DNA from: a virus
Taxonomy: Duplodnaviria; Caudoviricetes
Reading direction: 5' to 3' (one strand)
Length of the DNA stretch: 45,689 nt
Virus record (IMG/VR): IMGVR_UViG_3300025875_000051
Coordinates: 1 to 45,689 of that record
The first letter of the stretch is position 1. Every line of letters begins with the position of its first letter. The notes beneath the pieces were generated by a model. It was not told the DNA's origin, made no database searches, and saw only the letters and a list, made by a program, of their open reading frames with translations. Of the stretch, positions 9,801-16,589 are shown one piece after another. The position numbers were made by a program, and so were the translations under genes.

Positions 9801-10006
9801 ACAACGGCGGCGTGTTCCGCGTCGAAATCCGAGCCGGTGCGCTGCGGGTCTACCTCGATGGCGCAGAGGTCAATCCGACTGTCAACGGGCCGATTACCGC
9901 CCTGCCGACATGGATTAACAGCGGCAACGCGCGCCCGGCGATCCGGCACACGATCAATGAAACGCGATCGAACGTGCTGGACAATGTGTTCTGGGAGCGA
10001 ATTTGA
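3860..10006 (+). CDS. Giant 2048-aa multidomain adhesin/depolymerase: cadherin-like repeats, GH16 glycoside hydrolase, G8 domain, beta-helix, lectin-like C-terminus
   Basis: Repeats with AENAP.G..IG.L / LDYE / V.NV.E. GH16 catalytic ELDIE at nt 5414-5428. G8-type TGNWNDPTVWSTGTVPGEGA near 6560. GRYAWHWH at 7586 resembles the GRYPIHFH motif of G8/beta-helix proteins. Confidence 0.8.
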   Translation: MTTPTNTQLRTAVQALEALTGQATTGNLGDTGWWRRFADLAEALAATQTEANETLTGYMLRSALAIESMAGTTGAEENPGEEGLLKRIVEGMEALGSEGTGDMSSRFVPAAQGIQGIDALRELLLSTTVLAENAPLGMIAALSNFRDLAQVALVDNADGLFALNGDKIELLRGLDYETGTVHTPIFVETSATATNSPRQTAIPISVTNVPEETLEAPTLTSNTIAENAPQGTLIGALQSNVPGSTFTLLDDDGGRVAKQGTGNIAAGQTGLNYESGSSRQFQVRVSNPEATNSPLSAWVTYTVTNVPEVTLGALALSNAVLTYDAAIGSLVGVITGLKSETADAYGYLKDNAGGRFSYDQTGNTAELRVAGTLTPGTSYTVVVEEYNADADPSLREHTFTVQVQAAPPIEPEPSDMEPLNWTNYAQDQYNTSFWHASYWQDGKMPTGVTWSRANVIRNATSGAVTFELDAQGAPQLQGVGQTPATMHGYYEVDVTLPTMQNGVIVSPLWLYSGTATGDELDIEWAGRGGLDFTLHHFLDGDSGQHVEHQVRWQPGAYLEGQRVTLGIKYNLAEQWAEFYVNGTMAVRMTPADTGGWFPKNAMKPYLEMWPVNPAYGGLVSWAGGTWDGTPMSFIIHGYRYTPVLATWGNATLSANTVAENSAQGTVVGLLSSPLVGTTFTLTNNDGGRFQRNGLAIETGPTALDFEAGSTRTIEVEQSNPAASPTTQRTTLSIAVTNATEAVVLGPLSLTGTVIPHDAAEHYVIGIVQGLNPPSQTSYGFVENDAGGRVYAAYVGNDLELRVGATATTAGSSFTIQLAEYNAAAVPTKRVQDFTISKQPAPTGTGELPAQEDRIDALTYNVTTGEPAVMTQAQWDAAQGSEHHAMHAIIPMASVTHTSIKTGNWNDPTVWSTGTVPGEGAVVVVDNDHTVTYNIFGVVWLKDVMVHPRGILKWAHSRTRMRVDTIFNDGKLHEMGDWLNPIPESGILDASGKIEPQCEVVFKRTQAPGATMRLGLNTTCPVRICGAHKNNRAESAASLAAGATTITLDDVTGWVVGDTVIVAAMTNAGVQRVDPQYTGPTAIYAQRVGQAGMLYTDSNVFAGKGYHLSHDEERHITAINGSTITLNAPLTHAHPVVTRTHSVTGKTFTLRPWVTPVTKSIRFRSASAAEGGNLADLQHRAHIMFMHHDDVQVFYAEARNMARTDTNPTLSTDQNADRTSSRVIATADPANGGTEIRDVNNVVGRYAWHWHLANGSNARKMAVAKGLSAWAPANEVPMPGWAMTHHGTRLSMEDCTTFNTRGAGIVTENGNETGQWLRLNSMWNRGDGYNPTWGSRAENVTNHNGHAGVGFENQARQILMQDCRVTSSHYGWLYLQQNSHVASRRQVDEFALRMRDPLAYGDAAKTDQQRTYGPETPQIPLFLHNHAYGCGAMFTVSHRQYTERDEKTPLIWRESHAVECDRMIDIPQYSFDYSFYDSMAIYRLSGSASGAGMFFGNISWQFVVVGCLFDRYTTGIVSGGKTEGLVINYNGAFVDNAFPNTPNQFGVPTMTFSSGDKLPPNTHALWGTMGPSTQVDNGNGTYQVVFHQWVNWLSATQLPLDKKGTNYPTLGLTAGEPVANGTRPYVWIDPTSDLTGDAYNTIKIKGKIADGIGLRHIGSHEIFYANGQYNGLDKYQRQNYFMTATDIAKRNGVYDDGGTIKSPLFFIDHNRLTGEYLVYRVNVTLQGLSTATIAAYTVVPSEVEARVKTQLEWKPEKIPYASFVPPTEAPVVQPVSLTVAGGAKLLTRIYFTQSYGTITLTGAQASHFEVVYVDGLPHLRWAGDGTKAAGATYAVTVNVADRWGNTGTAVTSVQVTGAAGVASFSEDFNGTAGQLLVARTGWSRMSGGADDDLFIGTGNRLSYKNRTSTGYFTGPSMGGVMDNIAAQGNFYDLTPDVYLWLDLVGTVAEGVRFSRASDSTMRVTVINPTAMGGVKNYTFAYNNGGVFRVEIRAGALRVYLDGAEVNPTVNGPITALPTWINSGNARPAIRHTINETRSNVLDNVFWERI

Positions 10007-10036
10007 GGTTTGCCGAATTAGGAAAGGAAATGAGTA

Positions 10037-10222
10037 ATGTGCATGTCGTCCCCCTCAATGCCGCCCCCGCCGCCCGACCGGCAGGCTGCGCGCGCGCCCG
10101 ACAATGGCGATCCTTCGGCGCGGAACAACGATAAGGCTCGGCGTCGGCTGGCCATGGCGTCTTCGATCTTCACGGGGCCGACGCTCGGTACGCCTGCGGT
10201 TTCGGGTCCGCTGGGTTCGTGA
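10037..10222 (+). CDS. Small pre-portal virion protein (T7 gp7.3-like position)
   Basis: MCMSSPSMPPPPP start, basic middle and position just before the portal are typical of this podovirus module. Confidence 0.7.
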   Translation: MCMSSPSMPPPPPDRQAARAPDNGDPSARNNDKARRRLAMASSIFTGPTLGTPAVSGPLGS

Positions 10223-10326
10223 CCCTCGCGGCGGGCCTCTACCTGCTGGCCGCAGGTATCGTCGCGTACAAAGTCGGGGGCTTTTTACGCGGCAAGGAAC
10301 CGCGCGACGATATTAGGGGCTGGTGA
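10219..10326 (+). CDS. Putative 35-aa membrane micro-protein (MTLAAGLYLLAAGIVAYKVGGFLRGKEPRDDIRGW)
   Basis: Not in the ORF track. GTGA overlap with the upstream stop, TGATG overlap with the portal start, hydrophobic N-terminus. Confidence 0.6.
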   Translation: MTLAAGLYLLAAGIVAYKVGGFLRGKEPRDDIRGW

Positions 10327-12020
10327 TGAAAACGAAGCGTGAAGAGTGCGAGCAGCGCCTTACGGGGATGCAGGCCACCCGCAAGCCCTTCGAGGCGGAT
10401 TGGGATGAGATTGGGCGGCTTTGCCTCCCGACGCGCTCGGACGTGCTCACGATGGCGGCCAATGGCGTCGTGCGGCAGCAAAACCGCAAGCGCCGCGCCA
10501 ACACCACAACCTATTCGTCGAAGGGGCGCCGCGCCGCCCGCATCCTCACGGCTGGCATGACTTCCGGCCTGTCCTCGCCCTCGCGCCCGTGGTTCAAGCT
10601 GCGGACCAGCGACCCCGCTCTCGCGGAGTACCAGCCGGTCAAGGAGTGGCTGGCCCATGTCGAGGCGCTGATTTACCAGTTCCTCGGCTCGACCAATTTC
10701 TACAACGCCACGAAAGTCGGCTATTCCGAACTCGGCTGTTTCGGCACCGAAGCGGCGACCATGCTTGAGCATCCCCATTATGGCGCGGTGACGCATACCC
10801 TCACGGCCGGGGAATACTGGCTCGCCAACGATGACGGGCTGATTGCCGATACGCTCTATCGGCAGGTCCACATGACCGTGCATCAGGTGGTCGAAAGTTT
10901 CGTCTCGAAAAGCGGCTGGGGCGTCGTGTCGAAGGCGGTCAAAAACGCCTACGACAAGGGCAATTACGAAACCGTCGTGCCTGTGATGCACGCGATGGAA
11001 CCGAACCGGCACAAGAACCCGACGCGCTCCGACAACCGCAACATGGATTATCGCTCCGTCTGGTGGGAAGTGGGCCAGTCGGACAAGTCGATCCTGCTGC
11101 GGGATAGCGGCTTTCCCGAGAAGCCCTTTTGGGCGCCGCGCTGGATCGAGACGGGCGGGGAAAGCGTCTATGGCGACGGGCCGGGTTATGACGCGCTGCC
11201 TGATCTTCGCGAACTGCAATTGGCGGCGAAGCGGCGCGGGCGGAACGTCGATATGCTCAACCGCCCGCCGATGGCGGTGCCGGTCGGGATGGCGAACAGC
11301 TACCTCTCTCTCGATCCTGGCTCGCTGGCCTACGGCTCCGCTACCGACATTGGCGCGATCAAGCCGCTGGTGAACGTCGATTATCGTGCGGTGCAGGTGG
11401 TGCGCGAGGAAGTCGAGGCGCACGGCGCGGACGTGATGGAATGTTTCTATGCCGACCTGTTCTTTGCGATCAGCGAAATGGACGGGGTGCAGCCGCGCAA
11501 TGTCGAGGAACTGGTTCTCCGCAATGAGGAACGGCTGACGCAGCTTGGCCCGGTGGTCGAGCGTGTGAACGTCGAGAAGCTGGAAGTGGCGATCGACCGC
11601 GCGTTCGCGATCTGCCTTCGCCTTGGCCTGTTGCCGCCCGCGCCGCAGGAATTGCAGGGCCAGCCCCTCACGGTCGATTTTATCTCGACGCTGGCGCAGG
11701 CGCAGAAGGCGGCCCGGCTGGGCGACATTCAGCGCAGCGCGCAATTCGTCGGCTTCCTCGCGGGCATCTTCCCCGAAGTCATCGACAAGTTCGACGCCGA
11801 TCAGGCGGTGGACGACTTTGCGACCGGCGCGGGCACGCCGCCCTCGATCATTCGCTCCGACGAAGTGGTGGCGAAGATACGCGCCGATCGGCAGCAGGCG
11901 CAGGCACAAGCGCAGGCGGCAGCGATGGCGCAACCGGCGCGCGATGCAGCGCAGGCGGCCGAACTGCTGTCTCGAACGAACGTCGGCGGGCAGAACGTGC
12001 TTGAGGGCGTGTTCCAATGA
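10326..12020 (+). CDS. Portal (head-to-tail connector) protein
   Basis: SPSRPWFKL, FWAPRW...YGDGPG.DAL, EERLTQLGPVVER motifs of the T7 gp8/BPP-1 type portal. Confidence 0.95.
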   Translation: MKTKREECEQRLTGMQATRKPFEADWDEIGRLCLPTRSDVLTMAANGVVRQQNRKRRANTTTYSSKGRRAARILTAGMTSGLSSPSRPWFKLRTSDPALAEYQPVKEWLAHVEALIYQFLGSTNFYNATKVGYSELGCFGTEAATMLEHPHYGAVTHTLTAGEYWLANDDGLIADTLYRQVHMTVHQVVESFVSKSGWGVVSKAVKNAYDKGNYETVVPVMHAMEPNRHKNPTRSDNRNMDYRSVWWEVGQSDKSILLRDSGFPEKPFWAPRWIETGGESVYGDGPGYDALPDLRELQLAAKRRGRNVDMLNRPPMAVPVGMANSYLSLDPGSLAYGSATDIGAIKPLVNVDYRAVQVVREEVEAHGADVMECFYADLFFAISEMDGVQPRNVEELVLRNEERLTQLGPVVERVNVEKLEVAIDRAFAICLRLGLLPPAPQELQGQPLTVDFISTLAQAQKAARLGDIQRSAQFVGFLAGIFPEVIDKFDADQAVDDFATGAGTPPSIIRSDEVVAKIRADRQQAQAQAQAAAMAQPARDAAQAAELLSRTNVGGQNVLEGVFQ

Positions 12021-12397
12021 CGGTCACGCGCGAGCAACTACGCTCGATGGATTTGCAGGGTTTGATGCTCGATCCGAAGTTCCGGCGCTTCGCCTATGGA
12101 CTTTTGAACGACACAAATGTATTGCGCGGGGGCTACGGAGCCAATTTGGCCACTCTCCAATGGTGGGAGGGCCGCCGTTCTCTGGGCTTGGATATCCTCG
12201 CTACCTTGCAGACCGTCGATCCCGACGCTCTTCTCAAACTGCTTGAGGAAGAAAAAGCCACCAGAAAGGAAACGGCAAATGGCAGACGCAATCCCGACAG
12301 ACGTGACGAACTCGGAGGCGATCCAGACGGACGCAAGCGAGACGACGGCATCCAGTACCTCGACTACGCCAACGACGGAAGCGCCCCCGCCAAATGA
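12017..12397 (+). CDS. Bbp19-like phage protein
   Basis: DLQGLM.DP.FRRF..GLL...EGRRSLGL.IL; conserved position between portal and scaffold. Confidence 0.7.
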   Translation: MTVTREQLRSMDLQGLMLDPKFRRFAYGLLNDTNVLRGGYGANLATLQWWEGRRSLGLDILATLQTVDPDALLKLLEEEKATRKETANGRRNPDRRDELGGDPDGRKRDDGIQYLDYANDGSAPAK

Positions 12398-13076
12398 CGG
12401 GGCCAATCCGGCGCCCGCCGATCCGCTGGACGGAAACCCTGGCATCGCCGCCGATCCCAACGCTGGAAGCGACGAGGAAGGCGAAGCCGCCGACGAGAAC
12501 GCTGTCCTCTTCGGAGCCCCTGAAGGCGACTATGAACTGAACGATCTTCCCGAAGGGTTCGCGGTCGATAAGGCTGCGCTCGATGCGTTCGCGCCTCTCG
12601 CCAAGCGGCTGAACCTCTCGAACGAAGGCGTTAAGGCGCTGGCGACCGAAGCCTATCCGCTGGTCGAGCAGCAGACCACGGCGGCGATCACGCAGCAGGT
12701 GGTGGCGCAGCGCAAGGAGTGGGAAACCGCCACGCGCACGGCCATCACGGGCGGCAAGGCTGAAGACGGCTCGCCCATCGCGGCCGATCCGGCGTTCGGC
12801 GGCGCGTCTTACGATCAGGTCGTGGCCACCAGCGCCAAGGCGCTCGATCGCTTCGCTGGCGATGCGGTGTTCCCCGGCGCCAAGGCAGACGGCAGCGAGG
12901 GGACGTTCCGCGACTTCCTCACCGCCACGGGCCTCGGCAATCATCCCGCGATGGTGCGGTTCGCCTACATGGCGGGTCAGGCAATCTCGGAAGATAGTGA
13001 CTTCGTTCGGACGGGCGCTGTCCCTCCGGCGACGCTCTCGCGTGCAGAAAAGTATTACGGCCCCGGTGCCGGTTAA
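12279..13076 (+). CDS. Capsid scaffold/assembly protein
   Basis: RBS AAGGA before ATG 12279; acidic low-complexity N-terminus; APEGDY and TGLGNHPAMVR...G..ISED motifs; precedes the MCP. Confidence 0.85.
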   Translation: MADAIPTDVTNSEAIQTDASETTASSTSTTPTTEAPPPNDGANPAPADPLDGNPGIAADPNAGSDEEGEAADENAVLFGAPEGDYELNDLPEGFAVDKAALDAFAPLAKRLNLSNEGVKALATEAYPLVEQQTTAAITQQVVAQRKEWETATRTAITGGKAEDGSPIAADPAFGGASYDQVVATSAKALDRFAGDAVFPGAKADGSEGTFRDFLTATGLGNHPAMVRFAYMAGQAISEDSDFVRTGAVPPATLSRAEKYYGPGAG

Positions 13077-13094
13077 CGAAGAAAGGATTGAATA

Positions 13095-14132
13095 ATGGCA
13101 GTTCTCGGTTCCGGCGTCGCCACGCTCGTTGACGTGCTGAAGGAAATGGCGCCGGGCGGCGCTCTCCTCGACACGGCGGAAGTGCTCACGGAGCACACGG
13201 AAATCCTCGAAGACATGACGTGGGTGGAAGGCAACCTTGTCACGGGCCACCGGGACAGCGTTCGCACCGTCCTGCCCAGCCCGTCCTACCGCGCGATCAA
13301 CGAGGGCGTGCCGGTCACGAAGGGCGCGACCACGCCGATCGAAGAAACCACATCGCTGCTGGAAGATTTCAGCCAGTGCGACCGGGAACTGGCCATCCTC
13401 TCCGGCAATGTCGGTGAGTTTCGTCTGCGGCAGGCGCGGCCGCACCAGATTGGCTTCGCGCACAAGGTCGCGACCGATCTGTTCTACGGCAATGCCGCGT
13501 TCAACGTGAAGGGCTTTACCGGCCTGACGCCTCGCTACAATTCGCTCAACTCGTCGGCCACGCTCACCGCTGGCAACGTGATCGACGCGGGCGGAACCGG
13601 CACCGATCTGCGGTCGATCTGGCTCGTTGCTTGGTCGGAAGATACCATTACCGGCATCTTCCCGAAGGGCACAAAGGGCGGGCTCGGCCATGAGGACGCC
13701 ACTTCGTCGGCCGATGGTACTTCGCCCGACGGCTTCCCCAGCGGGCAGGCGCTTCAGGACGCCAGCGGCAATCTGTACATGGGCTATCGCGACCATTGGA
13801 TGTGGCGCGTCGGGCTCATGGTGAAGGATTGGCGCTTCGCGGTTCGCATCGCGAACATCGACGTTTCGACGCTCACGCTCGATGCTTCGACCGGGCCGAA
13901 CCTTCAGGATTTGATGATCCAGGCGACGGAACTGATCGAGGGGACGGAGGGCACCCGCCCGGCGTTCTACATGCCGCGCTCGATCCGAGGCTACATGCGC
14001 CGCCAGCTTGTCGAGAAGAAGAACAGCTTCCTCGCGATGGGCGAAACCGGGCGCAAGGCCACGCTCATGTTCGACGACATTCCGATCCGCCGCACCGATG
14101 CGCTGAAGCGCAGCGAGGAACAGGTCGTCTAA
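13095..14132 (+). CDS. Major capsid protein (BPP-1 Bbp17-like)
   Basis: EILEDM.WVEGN..TGH...RT.LPSPSYR..NEGV, GL.VKDWR..VRIANID, F..IPIRRTDAL. Confidence 0.92.
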   Translation: MAVLGSGVATLVDVLKEMAPGGALLDTAEVLTEHTEILEDMTWVEGNLVTGHRDSVRTVLPSPSYRAINEGVPVTKGATTPIEETTSLLEDFSQCDRELAILSGNVGEFRLRQARPHQIGFAHKVATDLFYGNAAFNVKGFTGLTPRYNSLNSSATLTAGNVIDAGGTGTDLRSIWLVAWSEDTITGIFPKGTKGGLGHEDATSSADGTSPDGFPSGQALQDASGNLYMGYRDHWMWRVGLMVKDWRFAVRIANIDVSTLTLDASTGPNLQDLMIQATELIEGTEGTRPAFYMPRSIRGYMRRQLVEKKNSFLAMGETGRKATLMFDDIPIRRTDALKRSEEQVV

Positions 14133-14162
14133 GACCGGCCCTGAAGAAGAAAGGCACCAGAC

Positions 14163-14600
14163 ATGATTACCGACGCACAGCTTCGCCCCTCCCTGTCGCA
14201 GAACCTCGCTGTCGCGGCGGGCAACGTGAACTCCACCAATGCCGTCGATCTGCTGTCGGCGGGTCGCAACCTCGGGCGCGGCCAGCCGATGCGCGGCATC
14301 GTGACGGTCAACCAGACCTTCACGGGCGGCACCTCGATCAACGTCCAGTTTGTCGAGAGCGACAATGCCGACCTGTCCAGCCCGCGCGTGCTGGCGCAGA
14401 CCGGCGTGATCGCGGAGGCGGATATTCCCACGGCTGGCAATGGCAAGCCGCTTTGGGATTTCCAGCTTCCCGACACGGCGCGGCGCTACATCGGGTTTCG
14501 CTATGTTATGGCGGGCACGCATACGGCGGGGCAGGTTTCGGCCCACTTCGTCAGCGATACCGATCATAACCCGTATGTCGCGATGAACACGGGTTTCTGA
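14163..14600 (+). CDS. Capsid cement/decoration protein (Bbp16-like)
   Basis: MITDA.L..S..Q...STNAVDL...RNLG.G.P...RRYI...Y; directly follows the MCP. Confidence 0.8.
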   Translation: MITDAQLRPSLSQNLAVAAGNVNSTNAVDLLSAGRNLGRGQPMRGIVTVNQTFTGGTSINVQFVESDNADLSSPRVLAQTGVIAEADIPTAGNGKPLWDFQLPDTARRYIGFRYVMAGTHTAGQVSAHFVSDTDHNPYVAMNTGF

Positions 14601-14623
14601 TCTAAGCGGGAAAGGGATTTCAG

Positions 14624-15133
14624 ATGACTTTGAAAGTGACCACGCGAGAGTCGTTCATTGGTGGGCAGGCTGTCCCCAAGGGCACGATTGTCGAGTACGA
14701 GGGCGACAACGCGGGCGACAACCTCGCGGACGTTGGCGACTATGAGCCGCCCAAGCCTGCGATCATCGCCGCCATCGCTCCGACCGGCCCTAACCCGGTC
14801 GCGCCGCAGCAGCTTCCCCCCGGTTCGATGCAGACCATTCGCGGCTATTCCGGCCCGGCTGGTGAGGAACTTCGCGGGGAACGCACCCTCGCGGCTTCGA
14901 TCAACGAAGGGGACAGCAATGCTGGCGAAGTCGAGATGGAGCCCGTCACCCGAATTACCTCCACCGATGATTTCGATGCGTCGAAGACGGTTGAGGGTTC
15001 GGTCGATGAAGTCGAGGGCCGCTTGTCGGGCCTGACTGCGGAGCAGCTTGACGCTGTTGCGGCGGCCGAAACCTCGGGGAAGAACCGGGCTGGCGTGGCG
15101 AACGCCATTGAGCAGGCACACGCCGCGCTCTAA
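14624..15133 (+). CDS. Hypothetical head-module protein with C-terminal helical (HeH-like) motif
   Basis: RBS present; C-terminal SVDEV...L..L..EQL..V...E..GKNR.GV. Confidence 0.7.
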   Translation: MTLKVTTRESFIGGQAVPKGTIVEYEGDNAGDNLADVGDYEPPKPAIIAAIAPTGPNPVAPQQLPPGSMQTIRGYSGPAGEELRGERTLAASINEGDSNAGEVEMEPVTRITSTDDFDASKTVEGSVDEVEGRLSGLTAEQLDAVAAAETSGKNRAGVANAIEQAHAAL

Positions 15134-15157
15134 TCTACCCCTCTCGTCACGGGGGAA

Positions 15158-15197
15158 GCGGGCGGCGGTGCTGGTGCATTGCCGCCCGTTTTCGTTT
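15158..15197 (+). terminator. Rho-independent terminator after capsid genes
   Basis: 13-bp stem 15159-15171/15176-15188 (two G-U pairs) followed by TTTTCGTTT. Confidence 0.8.
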
Positions 15198-15208
15198 AGG
15201 AGGTTCCC

Positions 15209-15943
15209 ATGTCGTTCAAGCCCGCAATCTCGGAAGACGTAATCTCGAATGAGGCGCTGGCGCTGCTGCCCGCCGATCCGGTGCCGACGCTGAACGAACC
15301 GTCAATCGAGGCGCGCGAGTGCCGCCGTGCGTACAAGCCTGTCGTGGCCTCGCTGCTGGAAAAGCACCATTGGAACCTCGCGACGAAGCGCGCTGCCCTG
15401 GCGCCGCTCGACAACGACCGCGCGGGCGAATGGGGGCTGGCCTACGCCAAGCCCGACGACATGGCCTATCCCGTGGCGCTGTTCCCGGCCAGCGGGAGCG
15501 GCTGGGGCGCCTGGTTCCGGCAAGGCCAGCACTACATGCTGCCGGGCGGCTACCGCGTCATGATGCAGGTGGGGAAGACGATCTACTCGCAGATTGGCGC
15601 GGCCATGCTGGAATATACCAGCTTCGGCATTACCGAGGCGGATTTCACCACGCAATTCAAAGACTTGGTGGTGCTGGAACTGGCGGCTCGTATCGCCGTG
15701 CCGATCACGAAGGACTATGCCCGCGCGCGCGAACTGAAGGGGCAAGCGGAGTTCGAGCGCCAGCGCGCGATCGCTGCGGACCTGAACCGCAACGCGCAAC
15801 GCTATGGCGACAACCCGACCGAAAGCGAACTGGTGCGCGGCGTCGGGATCGGCGGCTACGGGGGCGGCTGGCCGATGGACCCGGTGGCGAACCCGATTTA
15901 TCAGGTGGCGCCGCTGATCGTGCCCGCGAACACAGGGGAATAA
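15209..15943 (+). CDS. Tail tubular protein A (adaptor)
   Basis: ISNEAL..L...EAREC...Y......LL..H.WNLATKR..L...W...Y..P.D. Confidence 0.85.
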   Translation: MSFKPAISEDVISNEALALLPADPVPTLNEPSIEARECRRAYKPVVASLLEKHHWNLATKRAALAPLDNDRAGEWGLAYAKPDDMAYPVALFPASGSGWGAWFRQGQHYMLPGGYRVMMQVGKTIYSQIGAAMLEYTSFGITEADFTTQFKDLVVLELAARIAVPITKDYARARELKGQAEFERQRAIAADLNRNAQRYGDNPTESELVRGVGIGGYGGGWPMDPVANPIYQVAPLIVPANTGE

Positions 15944-15947
15944 TCGC

Positions 15948-16589
15948 GTGTCAAAAATTCCCCTACCGAATTTCTCGAAAGGAGAAGTGGCCCCGGCCCT
16001 CTACGGGCGCATCGACACGGGGCAATACAATGCCGCGCTCAAGACGGCGCGCAACTTCCTCGTCCAGAAGTACGGCGGCGTCACCTTTCGCCCTGGCACG
16101 CGGCTGGTGGGCGCTGCGGACGGCGACGTGCGGCTGGTGCCGTTCCAATTCTCGATCGACCAGTCCTATGTGCTGGCGATGGGGCAGGGCCAGATGCGGC
16201 CGGTCGCGCTCGGCGGCTTCGTGCTGGAAGCGGACCTGAAGATCGAGGACGCATCGCAAAGCGATCCTTGCGTGCTCACGATCAGCAATCACGGCTATGC
16301 GCCAGGGGACCGGCTCTATCTCGCGGGGATTGAGGGCATGGTCGAGTTGAACGGGCGGTTCGTCACGGTGGTCGCGGTGCCGACCGGCAACAGCGTGGCG
16401 ATCGACGTGAACAGCGGCAGCTTCACGCCCTTTGCTGCCAGCACGGGCGCGGTCCATGCCGAGGCACCGGAACCGCAGCCGGTCGATCCCGTCGTGCCGC
16501 CTGTCGTCCTGCCGCCCCCCGATCCGTATGTGGGCGGCGGTGGCGGCTATGACTACGATTGGCACAGTCCTTACATGGTGCAATTCTAA
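15948..16589 (+). CDS. Tail tubular protein B (nozzle), N-terminal part with FCCH-like insertion and Pro-rich tail
   Basis: NFSKGEVAPALYGRID...ARNF.V...GG...RPGT, RLVPFQFS..Q.YVL; HGY..GDR.YL.G..GM.ELNGR. Confidence 0.8.
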   Translation: MSKIPLPNFSKGEVAPALYGRIDTGQYNAALKTARNFLVQKYGGVTFRPGTRLVGAADGDVRLVPFQFSIDQSYVLAMGQGQMRPVALGGFVLEADLKIEDASQSDPCVLTISNHGYAPGDRLYLAGIEGMVELNGRFVTVVAVPTGNSVAIDVNSGSFTPFAASTGAVHAEAPEPQPVDPVVPPVVLPPPDPYVGGGGGYDYDWHSPYMVQF

